A stretch of DNA of 64,000 bases from Bdellovibrionales bacterium (GCA_964230645.1 CAXRHT010000002.1:736001-800000); one strand, 5' to 3'; shown: positions 31,065 through 40,895, counted from the stretch's first letter. Notes: generated by a model not told the origin, from the letters alone. Translations and numbers: made by a program.

Positions 31065-31825
31065 ATCGCCCCCACTCTTCCACCGTCCACAGCAATGCTT
31101 TGGCCGGTAATATAATTGGCTTTTTCGGAACAAATAAATCGAATGAGGTCGGCTGTTTCTTCAGGCTGGGCAAAGCGTTTCATCGGCACTTTACTCATCC
31201 ACTCCCTTTCTACATCGGCGTAACTTTTATTCTCTTGGTCGGCCTTGGCCCGAATCAGGGACTCCAGCCTCGGAGTTTGAGTGAAACCAGGCATCACATT
31301 GTTGACTGTAATCCCGTGAGGGGCGAGCTCCAAAGATAAGGTTTTTCCCCAACTCGCAACAGCGGCTCTGACAGTGTTCGATACTCCCAAGTGAGGGATC
31401 GGGATCTTTACAGAAGTTGATGTGATAGTCACAAAGCGACCCCAGTTTTTCTTTTTCATTTCATCGAGAACAATTCTTGTAATCATCGAATTTGCAATGA
31501 GGTGATTATTCATGCCACCCAAAAATTCCTCAGGCATGGCTTTTGAGATAGGGCCACCTTTGGGCCCTCCTGAATTGAGAATCACAATATTGAAGGGAGC
31601 CTTTTCATGCTCGGCCCCAATGGCTCCCTGCCAGGTTTCCGACCTTCCAATATCACCAGCAAGATAATTATGCCCTCGACCTGGAAGATCACTCACTATT
31701 TTTTTTAGCTTGTCCTCACTGCGAGAGAATAGGCAGACACTGACACCATCACTAGCCAAACCTTTTGCGACCGCTTCACCGATCCCCTGTGAAGCGCCTA
31801 GCACCAAAGCTCGTTTGTTTTCCAT
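31061..31825 (-). CDS. SDR oxidoreductase
   Basis: GASQGIG, NSGGP, SN..RAAV, ITVNNVMPG, GQSIAVDGG; ATGA overlap with LLM gene. Confidence 0.92.
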   Translation of the reverse strand: MENKRALVLGASQGIGEAVAKGLASDGVSVCLFSRSEDKLKKIVSDLPGRGHNYLAGDIGRSETWQGAIGAEHEKAPFNIVILNSGGPKGGPISKAMPEEFLGGMNNHLIANSMITRIVLDEMKKKNWGRFVTITSTSVKIPIPHLGVSNTVRAAVASWGKTLSLELAPHGITVNNVMPGFTQTPRLESLIRAKADQENKSYADVEREWMSKVPMKRFAQPEETADLIRFICSEKANYITGQSIAVDGGRVGAI

Positions 31826-32098
31826 GGACCCACCCTCTCGTAAAATATTATGGTTCTGAGCGTGCCCTGTAGGTAACAAAAGCTTGGAAAAAGATCAATA
31901 ATTCCGATAATTTCAGCCTGCTCTTTAAGCCTTCTCCCCCATTTTTCGTGATTCATTAATAATCAGTCTGCTTTTGATCCGCCTTGCAATCATCAAAAAA
32001 CTGTCTCATTCCAAGACATTAGAGCCTTCAAAGCGACGAAAAACTAGAGGTTTAGGGCCAAAGTCGATAAAATAAAAGGAACAGTATTCGGGGGGATA

Positions 32099-32746
32099 TT
32101 GAAACGATTCAGCTTCGTGATGACCTTATTTAGTTTATTAATGGGCGTCACATTCTTATTTCAAAACTGTGCTGATTTTAAAGGAGCACAGCTGACGAAT
32201 TCCGCAGGTTCCGGAGCGATCCCCCTTGATGTGCCTTTATTTCACCTCAATCGTCCCTTAGATCTCGACAATAAAAACACCACTGGGAAATCTCGTTGGA
32301 CAGTTGGAGGGGATGACATCTTCTATTACGAGTCCCTTGTTGGAGCGACCTATCGTACAACGCTTATTACCATCACAGGACGAAACAGTGTGGCCTATCT
32401 TCATGTAGATGCCGATACCTGCACAGGCGAAAGAGCTCTTAACCGAGAAGAAAGAGAAACTCTCAGTGGTTTTTTTGGTTACTACATTGAAAAAACCGAA
32501 GAAAAAATGGCGAAAAAAGATAGAGAGGACCCTCTGGGCTGTAGCTTTCCTCGCCTCGCAGTGGATTCCAAACATGTCTACGCAGGTAACACGCCGGCTG
32601 TCGATTACGAAATCTATTTTACCTCTGAAGAATGCACTCCCGATGGAGAGCTCTATGTGGTAAACCAAGGGGGAGCCGATCCGAAAATAGCTCGCCAAGA
32701 GGTCGAAGCTTTTTTCAATCGTCAAATTGACCTGATTTGTAACTAA
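32099..32746 (+). CDS. Hypothetical lipoprotein
   Basis: LFQNC lipobox, TTG start; GTCGATAA sigma-28-like box at 32063-32070. Confidence 0.7.
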   Translation: MKRFSFVMTLFSLLMGVTFLFQNCADFKGAQLTNSAGSGAIPLDVPLFHLNRPLDLDNKNTTGKSRWTVGGDDIFYYESLVGATYRTTLITITGRNSVAYLHVDADTCTGERALNREERETLSGFFGYYIEKTEEKMAKKDREDPLGCSFPRLAVDSKHVYAGNTPAVDYEIYFTSEECTPDGELYVVNQGGADPKIARQEVEAFFNRQIDLICN

Positions 32747-32759
32747 GTATCGAGAGACT

Positions 32760-33017
32760 ATGGGCACCCAGAAAAAACGCAAAGCTCCCACCTTAGACCT
32801 CCACGGTCGCCGTGTTGAAGAAATCTTTGATCTGGTCGATCAATTTATCACTCGCCACCAAAATAAGCCTCGATTAAGAATCTTGCCTGGCAAGGGTACG
32901 GGTAAAGTCAAAGGAGAACTGACTCGTTATCTGAAACTGGGTGGCTACCCTTGGGAGTACGAGACTCTCGAAAGTGGTAAAAAAAACACAGGCTGTTTTA
33001 TAATTATTCTCGACTAA
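32760..33017 (+). CDS. Smr/MutS2 domain protein
   Basis: LDLHG, PGKGTG, NTG. Confidence 0.88.
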   Translation: MGTQKKRKAPTLDLHGRRVEEIFDLVDQFITRHQNKPRLRILPGKGTGKVKGELTRYLKLGGYPWEYETLESGKKNTGCFIIILD

Positions 33018-33082
33018 CCCCCTAGAGACCAATGGGGCTATGAGACTTCCCAACCAGCTTCTTAGCGTTTACCCTTCCAGTC

Positions 33083-33601
33083 ATGGATAATTTATTATGG
33101 CTAGATATGGAAATGACAGGACTCGATGTTCAAAAAGAACGCATCATTGAAGTGGCAGCAATTGTCACAGATAAAGATCTAAACCCCATAGATACTTTCG
33201 AATCGGTGGTTTTTCAGGAACAAAAGTTCCTTGATGCCATGGACGACTGGAACACCAAACAACACAATGAAAGTGGCTTGGTTGCTAAAATCCCGTCCGC
33301 CCCCTCGAGTGAGGAAGTCGAAAAAAAACTTTGTGCCTTTGTTAAAAAACATTTTAAAGAAGAGCCCGCCATTCTTTCAGGCAACAGCATCGGTCAAGAC
33401 CGTAAATTTATTGATGCTTATATGCCGGAACTTGCGAGACTGCTGCACTATCGACTTCTTGATGTCACCTCTTGGAAGCTCATCATGGGCCCGAGATTTA
33501 ATGTTGAATATGAAAAAAAGGAAAGCCACAGGGCTTTAGATGACATCAAAGAAAGTATCGCTGAACTAAAAACCTTTATAGATTTTATAGATAACAAATA
33601 A
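33083..33601 (+). CDS. orn: Oligoribonuclease
   Basis: WLDMEMTGL, GNSIGQDR, HYRLLDV, HRALDDI. Confidence 0.95.
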   Translation: MDNLLWLDMEMTGLDVQKERIIEVAAIVTDKDLNPIDTFESVVFQEQKFLDAMDDWNTKQHNESGLVAKIPSAPSSEEVEKKLCAFVKKHFKEEPAILSGNSIGQDRKFIDAYMPELARLLHYRLLDVTSWKLIMGPRFNVEYEKKESHRALDDIKESIAELKTFIDFIDNK

Positions 33602-33613
33602 AAGGAGGAGTTT

Positions 33614-34156
33614 ATGAAAAAACTCGTTTTAATTTTCAGTATATTAAGTCTTCCACTCATGTCTCAGGCACAAGATGCATTCTATGTCTCGGGACTTCTT
33701 GGACTCACCTCACCCAACTACTCTGATTCGGATCTCGAAACCGATACAGAACTCTCCTATGGTGCCAGAGCTGGACTTTTATTTAACGAGAATGTTTCCG
33801 CTGGGATTTACCTACAAAGATATGCAGGCTCTGACCCTGACTTTACGGTTGGCGAAACTGACGTCAGCTTAACAAATATTATGGCTGAGGTGACCTACTA
33901 TGCCAACATGGCCGATGAAAATACTTTTTGGATCAGTGGTCTTTTAGGTGTCACACAAAGCTCAACGGAATTTAGCAGCGGCTTAGTGGCTGATAACGAC
34001 GAAAGTGACACGGCTTTTGGTTTCGCTGCTGGTTACCACTTTATGGTAGCCCCCAACTTTTCCCTTAGCCCGCAAATCACCTACATCTATACCGATACGG
34101 ACACATCCTCTTATTCCGAAATTTCAGGCTTAGCCAATCTAACCATCTGGCTTTAA
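33614..34156 (+). CDS. Outer-membrane beta-barrel protein
   Basis: Signal peptide, amphipathic strands, aromatic C-terminus. Confidence 0.78.
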   Translation: MKKLVLIFSILSLPLMSQAQDAFYVSGLLGLTSPNYSDSDLETDTELSYGARAGLLFNENVSAGIYLQRYAGSDPDFTVGETDVSLTNIMAEVTYYANMADENTFWISGLLGVTQSSTEFSSGLVADNDESDTAFGFAAGYHFMVAPNFSLSPQITYIYTDTDTSSYSEISGLANLTIWL

Positions 34157-34170
34157 AGCCTTTCTTTTAA

Positions 34171-34200
34171 TGAGGCATCTACTAGCAAGTAGGTGCTTCA
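34171..34200. terminator. Hairpin between converging genes
   Basis: TGAGGCATCTACT/AGTAGGTGCTTCA. Confidence 0.5.
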
Positions 34201-34265
34201 GCGCCTCGATCAATTATCTCTTAAACAATTGGCGCGACAGCCCAGATTTTCGGGCGAGTATATAA

Positions 34266-34763
34266 TCAGTTTACAACAACAGCGGAGAGAACGCCCCCGA
34301 TAATTCCACCGCCCATAGCGGCTTTTGTTTTATTGTGACCTAATTGCGAGCGTTTTAAAATCTGCTCCGGATAATAATTAGGATCAGTAGTGAGTCCTAA
34401 GGTCTTTTCAATTGATAAAAAATCGGCTTTGGCCCGGTAGCAGGTGCTCCAAAAATCAGGCTGAGTCTCACTGGTAATATTTATGACATTAGCCCCCAGT
34501 GCACAGGCATCACTGATAAAATTCTTAATCACATAGTCTTCTTGGCAATTAACACCCATACCGGAATCAGAGGCTTCTATAGCCCCGAGCTTTTTAGCTT
34601 TGTGGAAAGAACTCTCTTTCTTCGATGTGATAAAGACTTTGCAATCACCAATTTTAACCTTCTGGTCTTCACTCAGCCTATAACCCTTTCTTGTTAATTT
34701 TGAGTTCGTTGAGCACGAAGTGATAAAAGTCAGTGTTAAAGCGAAAAATAGAATTCTTTTCAT
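34266..34763 (-). CDS. Hypothetical lipoprotein
   Basis: ITSC lipobox; C-terminal glycine-zipper-like GGGIIGG. Confidence 0.7.
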   Translation of the reverse strand: MKRILFFALTLTFITSCSTNSKLTRKGYRLSEDQKVKIGDCKVFITSKKESSFHKAKKLGAIEASDSGMGVNCQEDYVIKNFISDACALGANVINITSETQPDFWSTCYRAKADFLSIEKTLGLTTDPNYYPEQILKRSQLGHNKTKAAMGGGIIGGVLSAVVVN

Positions 34764-34804
34764 TGGTAAACCTCACAGGTTAAAGACTTTTCCTTTTTAA
34801 ACAT

Positions 34805-34836
34805 AAAAAAAGAGGAGTCAAAGAACTCCCCTTTTT
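34805..34836 (-). terminator. Terminator after ahcY
   Basis: GGAGT/ACTCC stem with flanking A and T tracts. Confidence 0.6.
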
Positions 34837-34861
34837 GAACCTTATAAATATTAAATCGCAC

Positions 34862-36223
34862 TTAGTAACGGTAGTGAGCCGGCTTGAAAGGACCTTTTTG
34901 GTCGATTCCAAGGTACTCTGACTGCTTATCAGAAAGAGTTGTGATCTTAACACCGATTTGCTCAAGGTGAAGAAGAGCCACTTTCTCATCCAATTCTTTA
35001 GGAAGCATAAAAACACCAACGTCTTGATACTTTCCTTTGTTTTGGAAAAGATCCATTTGAGCCAACACCTGGTTTGTAAATGAGTTACTCATTACAAAAG
35101 AAGGGTGACCTGTGGCGCAACCAAGGTTTACTAGGCGACCTTTAGCAAGCACGATGATCTCGTTACCGTTTTTCATCTTGTGAATATCCACCTGAGGCTT
35201 CACTTCACGAACTTCGGAGTTGGCATTGAGCCAAGCCATATCGATTTCGATATCGAAGTGACCAATGTTACAAACGATGGCTCCGTTTTTCATTTTGCTG
35301 AAGTGCTTTTCAGTGATGATGTCACAACAACCGGTGGTTGTTACAAAAATATCAGCACGCTCAGCCATGGCTTCCATGGTCGTTACTTCAAAACCTTCCA
35401 TAGCGGCTTGAAGAGCACAGATCGGATCGATCTCAGTGATCACAACACGAGCTCCGTAGGACTTCATAGAGTGGGCACAACCCTTTCCAACATCACCGTA
35501 ACCAGCAACAACAACCACTTTACCAGCAAGCATGACGTCAGTGGCACGCTTGATTCCGTCGGCCAAGGACTCACGGCAACCGTAAAGGTTATCAAATTTT
35601 GATTTTGTGACTGAATCGTTCACGTTAATAGCAGGAACTTTTAGTTTTCCAGCTTTCAACATTTTTTCAAGATTGTGAACACCCGTGGTTGTTTCTTCAG
35701 AGATACCAATGATGTTTTCCATCATCTTGGCGTATTTCTCTTGGTGCATCATAAGAGTGAGGTCACCACCATCATCAAGGATAAGGTTGAAACCTTCGTC
35801 TCCCCAACCTTCGATCGTTTGCTCAATACACCAGTCGTACTCTTCGTCTGTTTCATTTTTCCAAGCAAAAACCGGAATTCCAGCAGCAGCCATGGCTACA
35901 GCGGCGTGGTCTTGGGTGGAGAAGATATTACAAGAAGACCAACGAACTTCGGCTCCAAGGTGCACAAGAGTTTCGATCAATACAGCCGTTTGAATGGTCA
36001 TATGAAGGCAACCTGTGATCTTCGCCCCTTTTAAAGGTTGAGATTTTCCATACTCGGTTCTTAAAGCCATTAGGCCTGGCATTTCTTGCTCAGCGATTTT
36101 AATTTCTTCACGTCCCCAACGAGCCAACTCACCAAATGTCTTTGGATCATCCATAGCCGCTTTACATACGCGGTAATCTGGTTCACCCGTGGTTTTTTTC
36201 GGTGTGTTTGTCGTCTCAGACAT
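34862..36223 (-). CDS. ahcY: S-adenosyl-L-homocysteine hydrolase
   Basis: [50 protein letters not shown]. Confidence 0.97.
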   Translation of the reverse strand: MSETTNTPKKTTGEPDYRVCKAAMDDPKTFGELARWGREEIKIAEQEMPGLMALRTEYGKSQPLKGAKITGCLHMTIQTAVLIETLVHLGAEVRWSSCNIFSTQDHAAVAMAAAGIPVFAWKNETDEEYDWCIEQTIEGWGDEGFNLILDDGGDLTLMMHQEKYAKMMENIIGISEETTTGVHNLEKMLKAGKLKVPAINVNDSVTKSKFDNLYGCRESLADGIKRATDVMLAGKVVVVAGYGDVGKGCAHSMKSYGARVVITEIDPICALQAAMEGFEVTTMEAMAERADIFVTTTGCCDIITEKHFSKMKNGAIVCNIGHFDIEIDMAWLNANSEVREVKPQVDIHKMKNGNEIIVLAKGRLVNLGCATGHPSFVMSNSFTNQVLAQMDLFQNKGKYQDVGVFMLPKELDEKVALLHLEQIGVKITTLSDKQSEYLGIDQKGPFKPAHYRY

Positions 36224-36442
36224 AGTTTCTCCCATCATTTATTCACCTCATGGTCTATAATTCTTGTGATTTTTCAGGCCCCTAGTGAATCAGGACTCCC
36301 CGCCTGGGTCAAGCTCTGAAGAGGCCTTTTGAGTCATTACATGACCCGTTAGAGCCTAAAATAAGCGCATTTAATTGAATTTCATATTTGATTCAAAATT
36401 TAACAAGAATTCTTGCTATCAAATGGCATTTTGAGAGCTATT

Positions 36443-37198
36443 TTAGGCTTGTGTGAGAATTTCGTAGCCAGAGTCTGTGATGAGTACGGTGTGTTCAAAT
36501 TGGGCCGAGAGAGTCTTGTCTTGAGTCTCATAATACTTGATAGTCGAGTTCGGAATATCAAACTCTTTGATCGCTTTACTGTTCTCGTTGACCATGGGCT
36601 CGACTGTGATCGTTCCAAAGGGCTTTAAACGATCCCCTTTTCCCTTTTTCCCGAAGGAGGGCACGAATGGGTCCTCATGAAACTCTTTACCAATACCATG
36701 GCCGCCAATTTCTCTCACAGCGAAATAGCCTTTACGGGTCACATATTTGTTGATGGCAAAGCCGATGTCTCCGACAGTCCCTGTGGGTCTAATGGCTTCA
36801 ATTCCCTTGTACATGGCACCCTCAGCCACCTCAGTGATCTTTTTGGCGGCTTCGCTCACCTCGCCCACGTAAAAAGTGGCGGATGTGTCTCCGTGAAAGC
36901 CAAATTTATAACTGGTGACATCAATATTCACGATGTCCCCGTCTTTAAGGGGCTGGTCATCAGGCACTCCGTGGCAGATACAATGATTTACCGAAGTACA
37001 GATGGATTTAGGAAAACCGTTATAGTTCAGAGGAGCTGGTTTGGCATCATTAGAGAGAGTGTAGTCGTAGACGATCTGATCCAGCTCATTGGTGGTGATT
37101 CCAGGTCTTACGAATTTGCCAACGTGAACAAGAGTTTGAGCGGCCAGTTGGCAGACCTTTTCCATTGATTTAATGTCACTGGCTGTTTTTACGTTCAT
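36443..37198 (-). CDS. map: Methionine aminopeptidase type I
   Basis: SICTSVN..CHG, NIDVT, GDTS, GHGIG, EPM, AQFEHT. Confidence 0.96.
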   Translation of the reverse strand: MNVKTASDIKSMEKVCQLAAQTLVHVGKFVRPGITTNELDQIVYDYTLSNDAKPAPLNYNGFPKSICTSVNHCICHGVPDDQPLKDGDIVNIDVTSYKFGFHGDTSATFYVGEVSEAAKKITEVAEGAMYKGIEAIRPTGTVGDIGFAINKYVTRKGYFAVREIGGHGIGKEFHEDPFVPSFGKKGKGDRLKPFGTITVEPMVNENSKAIKEFDIPNSTIKYYETQDKTLSAQFEHTVLITDSGYEILTQA

Positions 37199-37242
37199 GG
37201 GAGCAATTTGGCGAAAAAGAGAAGAAATTGCAAGCTTCAAAT

Positions 37243-37273
37243 AAAAAAGGGAGCCCAAGTGGAGCTCCCCTTT
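37243..37273 (-). terminator. Terminator after SWIB gene
   Basis: GGGAGC/GCTCCC stem with A-tract (T-tract on the minus strand). Confidence 0.65.
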
Positions 37274-37294
37274 CCTCATCGTTAGAGAACAGGC

Positions 37295-37822
37295 CTATTT
37301 AAGGTGCTTGTTCACTAATTTTGTCATTTCAAACATAGAAACTTGGTTCTTACCGAAAACTTTTTTCAAGTTATCATCGGCATTGATCATTCTTCTGTTT
37401 TTAGAGTCTTGAAGGTCGTTCTTCTTGATGTATACCCAAAGGTTTTTAATCGCTTGAGTACGAGGAAGAGGTTTACCTCCAACAACAGCGGCAAGATCAT
37501 CCGTAGGAGTCAAAGGCTTCATGAAAGCCGCGTTTGGTTTACGCTTAGACTTCTTCTTAGTCGCCTTTTTCTTTTTAGCTGTTTTTTTCTTAGTGGCTTT
37601 TTTAGCGGCTTTCTTTTTAGTCGCTTTTTTCTTAGTGGCTTTTTTCTTAGTTTTCTTTTTAGCCGCTTTTTTCTTAGTAGCCTTCTTCTTAGTTTTCTTT
37701 TTAGCCGCTTTTTTCTTAGTGGCTTTCTTCTTCGCTTTTTTAGCTACTTTTTTCTTAGCCGTCTTTTTCTTAGTGGCTTTTTTCTTTGTCTTCTTCTTAC
37801 TGGCTTTCTTTTTTCTTGCCAT
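37295..37822 (-). CDS. Histone H1-like K/A/T-rich protein fused to a SWIB/MDM2 domain
   Basis: ~93 aa of KKKA/KKAT repeats, then AFMKPL..LAAVVG..PR...LWVYIKKNDLQD..NRRMINAD..L..VFG..VSMFEM. Confidence 0.9.
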   Translation of the reverse strand: MARKKKASKKKTKKKATKKKTAKKKVAKKAKKKATKKKAAKKKTKKKATKKKAAKKKTKKKATKKKATKKKAAKKATKKKTAKKKKATKKKSKRKPNAAFMKPLTPTDDLAAVVGGKPLPRTQAIKNLWVYIKKNDLQDSKNRRMINADDNLKKVFGKNQVSMFEMTKLVNKHLK

Positions 37823-38112
37823 GTATCCCCCGTTGCTAGAGTGGTTAATTAGTTTGTTCCACCCCTACAGTTCATAGTTAACTGGTATAACAGTCAACAA
37901 AAAAGCAGCGCTTTTTTCCTCCCAAGGGGCAATATGAACCCACAGGACACCTTTTAGAGCCTTTTTCAGCACTCAAGAATTTCCAAATACGCCCAAGTAG
38001 AGCGACCACGTCCCTCTGTAAACCACTCCTATAGCCACTTTTAACTCAAACCCCCTATGAAGCCCGACTTAGGGTTAAAAGATGTTTGAACAAAACCGGA
38101 AAATTATTCCCG

Positions 38113-38139
38113 TTAAGGAAAAACCGCATCATCCGATAA
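38113..38139 (+). promoter_or_regulatory. Sigma-28-like promoter
   Basis: TTAAG-N14-TCCGATAA, 6 nt before ATG 38146. Confidence 0.55.
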
Positions 38140-38145
38140 GAAAGT

Positions 38146-38646
38146 ATGAGTTTTAAAGGGGAATTTGCCGACATTTTAAAGGAAAAACTAGGAGAGCCGG
38201 TCCAAACCGAGGCACCTAAAGAGACAAAAAACACCTATGTCTCACGCTCCATCGACTGGATTCTTCCTATTTTTGCCCCCCGAAGAACCTGGACTCCCCA
38301 ACAAATCCCAGGGGCATATCCTAAGGTAGTGGTAACAAAAAGAACGAAAACCACCCCTCAGTCAAACACCCCCCAACCCGAGAAAGTGCAAGAAAAAGAA
38401 AACACGATTTTACTCTCCACTCTCTCGACAAAAGCCAAAAAAGCCCACGGCATTCTGGTAAAACTGGGCGCAGAATTCAACGAAGACACAGGCTTTAGAG
38501 CCAGCGAACTAAAAACCCAATACCGCAAACTAGCCAGAACCTACCACCCCGACAGCCAGAGTGTAAAAGCCAGCAACAAGTACTTCAACATGGTCAGCGT
38601 CTGCTACAAATTCATCTCAAAAGAATTAGCAGAAAAGAACCACTAA
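38146..38646 (+). CDS. C-terminal J-domain protein
   Basis: ELKTQYRKLARTYHPD. Confidence 0.8.
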   Translation: MSFKGEFADILKEKLGEPVQTEAPKETKNTYVSRSIDWILPIFAPRRTWTPQQIPGAYPKVVVTKRTKTTPQSNTPQPEKVQEKENTILLSTLSTKAKKAHGILVKLGAEFNEDTGFRASELKTQYRKLARTYHPDSQSVKASNKYFNMVSVCYKFISKELAEKNH

Positions 38647-38696
38647 AAAAACATTCCACCAAAATGAAATAAGAATATCCTCACAGAAGCACGATC

Positions 38697-38876
38697 CCTG
38701 GACCGGGAGCCTAAGCTCAAGAACTTTTCGAAGCTTCTGGCCGAGGCTCGAGCAACGAGCGCTGCGTATCTCGGGTTGCAGCACAAAGTGATGCAATCCG
38801 AGAGACGAAGTGCACCCGGGTGCGTGCCTCGGCCAGAAGCTTCGAAAAGTTCTTGAGCTTAGGGGCCCGGACCAGG
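38697..38876. repeat. Long palindromic element A
   Basis: Perfect 38-bp inverted arms 38710-38747 / 38826-38863 around an inner hairpin 38764-38807. Confidence 0.9.
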
Positions 38877-38895
38877 CCCCCGGCCCAACCCCATA

Positions 38896-40575
38896 CTACG
38901 ACTGTAGTTTACGGTAACGAATTCTCTTAGGAGTCAAAGTATCGATCCCCATACGCTTCTTATAGTCCTCCTCCCACTCGGTATAGTTACCTTGGAAGAA
39001 GTTCACCTGCGAGTCGTTTTCAAAGGCCATGATATGTGTACAGATTCGATCGAGGAACCAGCGATCGTGACTAATGCAAACCACACAACCACCAAATTCT
39101 AACAGGGCCTCTTCAAGAGCTCTCATTGTATTAACATCAAGATCGTTGGTCGGCTCATCCAGAAGTAAAACATTGCCTCCGGAAAGAAGAAGCTTTGCCA
39201 TATTCACACGATTGCGCTCCCCACCGGAAAGCACTCCCGTTTTCTTCTGCTGATCACCACCCACAAAGTTAAAGCGAGAAACATAAGCGCGGGAATTCAT
39301 CTCGCGGTTACCCACTTGAATCACTTCGTTACCTCCAGAGATCTCCTCCCAAATCGTTTTGTTGGGATCCAGGGTGGCACGATCTTGATCGACATAGGCA
39401 AGCTTCACAGTATCCCCAACAATGATTTCACCACTGTCTGGCTTCTCGCGACCGGACATCATATTAAAAAGAGTGGTTTTACCAGCGCCGTTAGGACCTA
39501 TAATCCCAACAATCCCTCCTCGGGGAAGAGAAAAACTAAAATCATCAATCAAAAGCTTATCGCCAAAGGCCTTAGTGATATTTTTACCTTCAATCACCGT
39601 ATTTCCTAGACGAGGCCCAGGAGGGATATAAATTTGCATATCTTGAAGCTTCTCAGGGGTTGGATCTTTGAGAAGACTTTCATAGGCCTGCAGTCTCGCC
39701 TTAGATTTTGAATGACGCCCTTTTTGCCCCTGCTTTACCCACTCCAACTCTCTTTCAAGAGTTCTGGCTCTTTTGTTTTCCTGTTTTTCTTCCGTTTTTA
39801 TGCGCTTTTCTTTTTGCTCTAGCCAAGAAGAATAATTGCCCTTCCAAGGAATACCCTCACCGCGGTCGAGCTCTAAAATCCAACCGGCCACATTATCAAG
39901 AAAGTAGCGATCGTGGGTCACAGCAATCACTGTTCCTGGAAACTGATCCAGGTAATGCTCTAACCATGCCACTGTTTCAGCGTCCATGTGGTTGGTCGGC
40001 TCATCCATTAAGAGGATATCGGGATTGGATAAAAGAAGACGGCACATCGCCACTCGTCTTTTTTCCCCTCCAGAGAGAGTCTTAATTAGTGTGTCTTCTG
40101 GTGGACAACGAAGAGAGTCCATAGCCTGTTCTAATTTAGAGTCCAATTCCCAACCATCTTGGGCTTCAATACGCTCTTGAATCTGTCCCTGCTTTTCAAT
40201 GAGTTTTTCCATCTCATCGGGCGTGATATTTTCATCACACATTTGCTCACTGATTTTATTGAAGGCCTGCAAGTCTTCAGCTAGGGGCCCCACCCCTTCC
40301 ATAACAACTTCTTTGACCGTTTTCTCAGGATCCACCTCAGGCTCTTGATGAAGAAATCCGAGTTTGAAATCTTTGGCGGGAAAAGATTCACCGAGGAAGT
40401 CTTGATCCTCACCTGCCATAATTTTTAACAAACTCGATTTACCACTTCCATTAAGGCCGAGAACACCAATCTTAGCACCGTAAAAATAAGAAAGGTAGAT
40501 ATCTTTTAGAACGTATTTTTTAGGCGGATAAACTTTTGAAACGCCCTTCATTGTATAAATTATTTCTTCCGACAT
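38896..40575 (-). CDS. ettA: Energy-dependent translational throttle ABC-F protein
   Basis: GAKIGVLGLNGSGKS, LSGGEKRRV, ELEW, PPGPRLG, two ABC domains. Confidence 0.96.
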   Translation of the reverse strand: MSEEIIYTMKGVSKVYPPKKYVLKDIYLSYFYGAKIGVLGLNGSGKSSLLKIMAGEDQDFLGESFPAKDFKLGFLHQEPEVDPEKTVKEVVMEGVGPLAEDLQAFNKISEQMCDENITPDEMEKLIEKQGQIQERIEAQDGWELDSKLEQAMDSLRCPPEDTLIKTLSGGEKRRVAMCRLLLSNPDILLMDEPTNHMDAETVAWLEHYLDQFPGTVIAVTHDRYFLDNVAGWILELDRGEGIPWKGNYSSWLEQKEKRIKTEEKQENKRARTLERELEWVKQGQKGRHSKSKARLQAYESLLKDPTPEKLQDMQIYIPPGPRLGNTVIEGKNITKAFGDKLLIDDFSFSLPRGGIVGIIGPNGAGKTTLFNMMSGREKPDSGEIIVGDTVKLAYVDQDRATLDPNKTIWEEISGGNEVIQVGNREMNSRAYVSRFNFVGGDQQKKTGVLSGGERNRVNMAKLLLSGGNVLLLDEPTNDLDVNTMRALEEALLEFGGCVVCISHDRWFLDRICTHIMAFENDSQVNFFQGNYTEWEEDYKKRMGIDTLTPKRIRYRKLQS

Positions 40576-40652
40576 CGTTCCTCCAAATTTGGCCCATGAA
40601 TTTTTGGAATTTTCCTTGTGTTATTCGCAAAAGCTTTTTACGATCTCTCCTT

Positions 40653-40895
40653 ATGTCACAACGAAAACCCGTATCCAATCGGTTAAAAACCGCTCTCAAT
40701 GAACTCGATTCTGCGATTGAACAATGGGATAGCCTTACCAATAAGCCTGAGGGAGAGCAAGTCACTTCCCATGAGAAGGTTCAGAGGAAGGCAAAATCTT
40801 TGCTCAAAGAGTTACGGGACCAAATTGACGACTTTGATAATCTCTCACCTGCTGAGAAAAACACCAACGCCACCGAAAAGTTCTCGGACCAGTAA
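40653..40895 (+). CDS. Small hypothetical helical protein
   Basis: 80-aa ORF filling the gap; amphipathic helices. Confidence 0.6.
   Translation: MSQRKPVSNRLKTALNELDSAIEQWDSLTNKPEGEQVTSHEKVQRKAKSLLKELRDQIDDFDNLSPAEKNTNATEKFSDQ

Noticed and set aside
36245..36345. SAH or SAM riboswitch upstream of ahcY
   Set aside because: Some pairing potential, but the SAH core (GAGGAGCG…CAGGCUC…AACGxCGCUC) is not recognisable; needs cmscan
37343..37877. Hydrophobic F/L-rich plus-strand ORFs
   Set aside because: Antisense shadows of the Lys-rich H1/SWIB gene
38697..38876. Autonomous IS element
   Set aside because: No transposase ORF or clear target-site duplication
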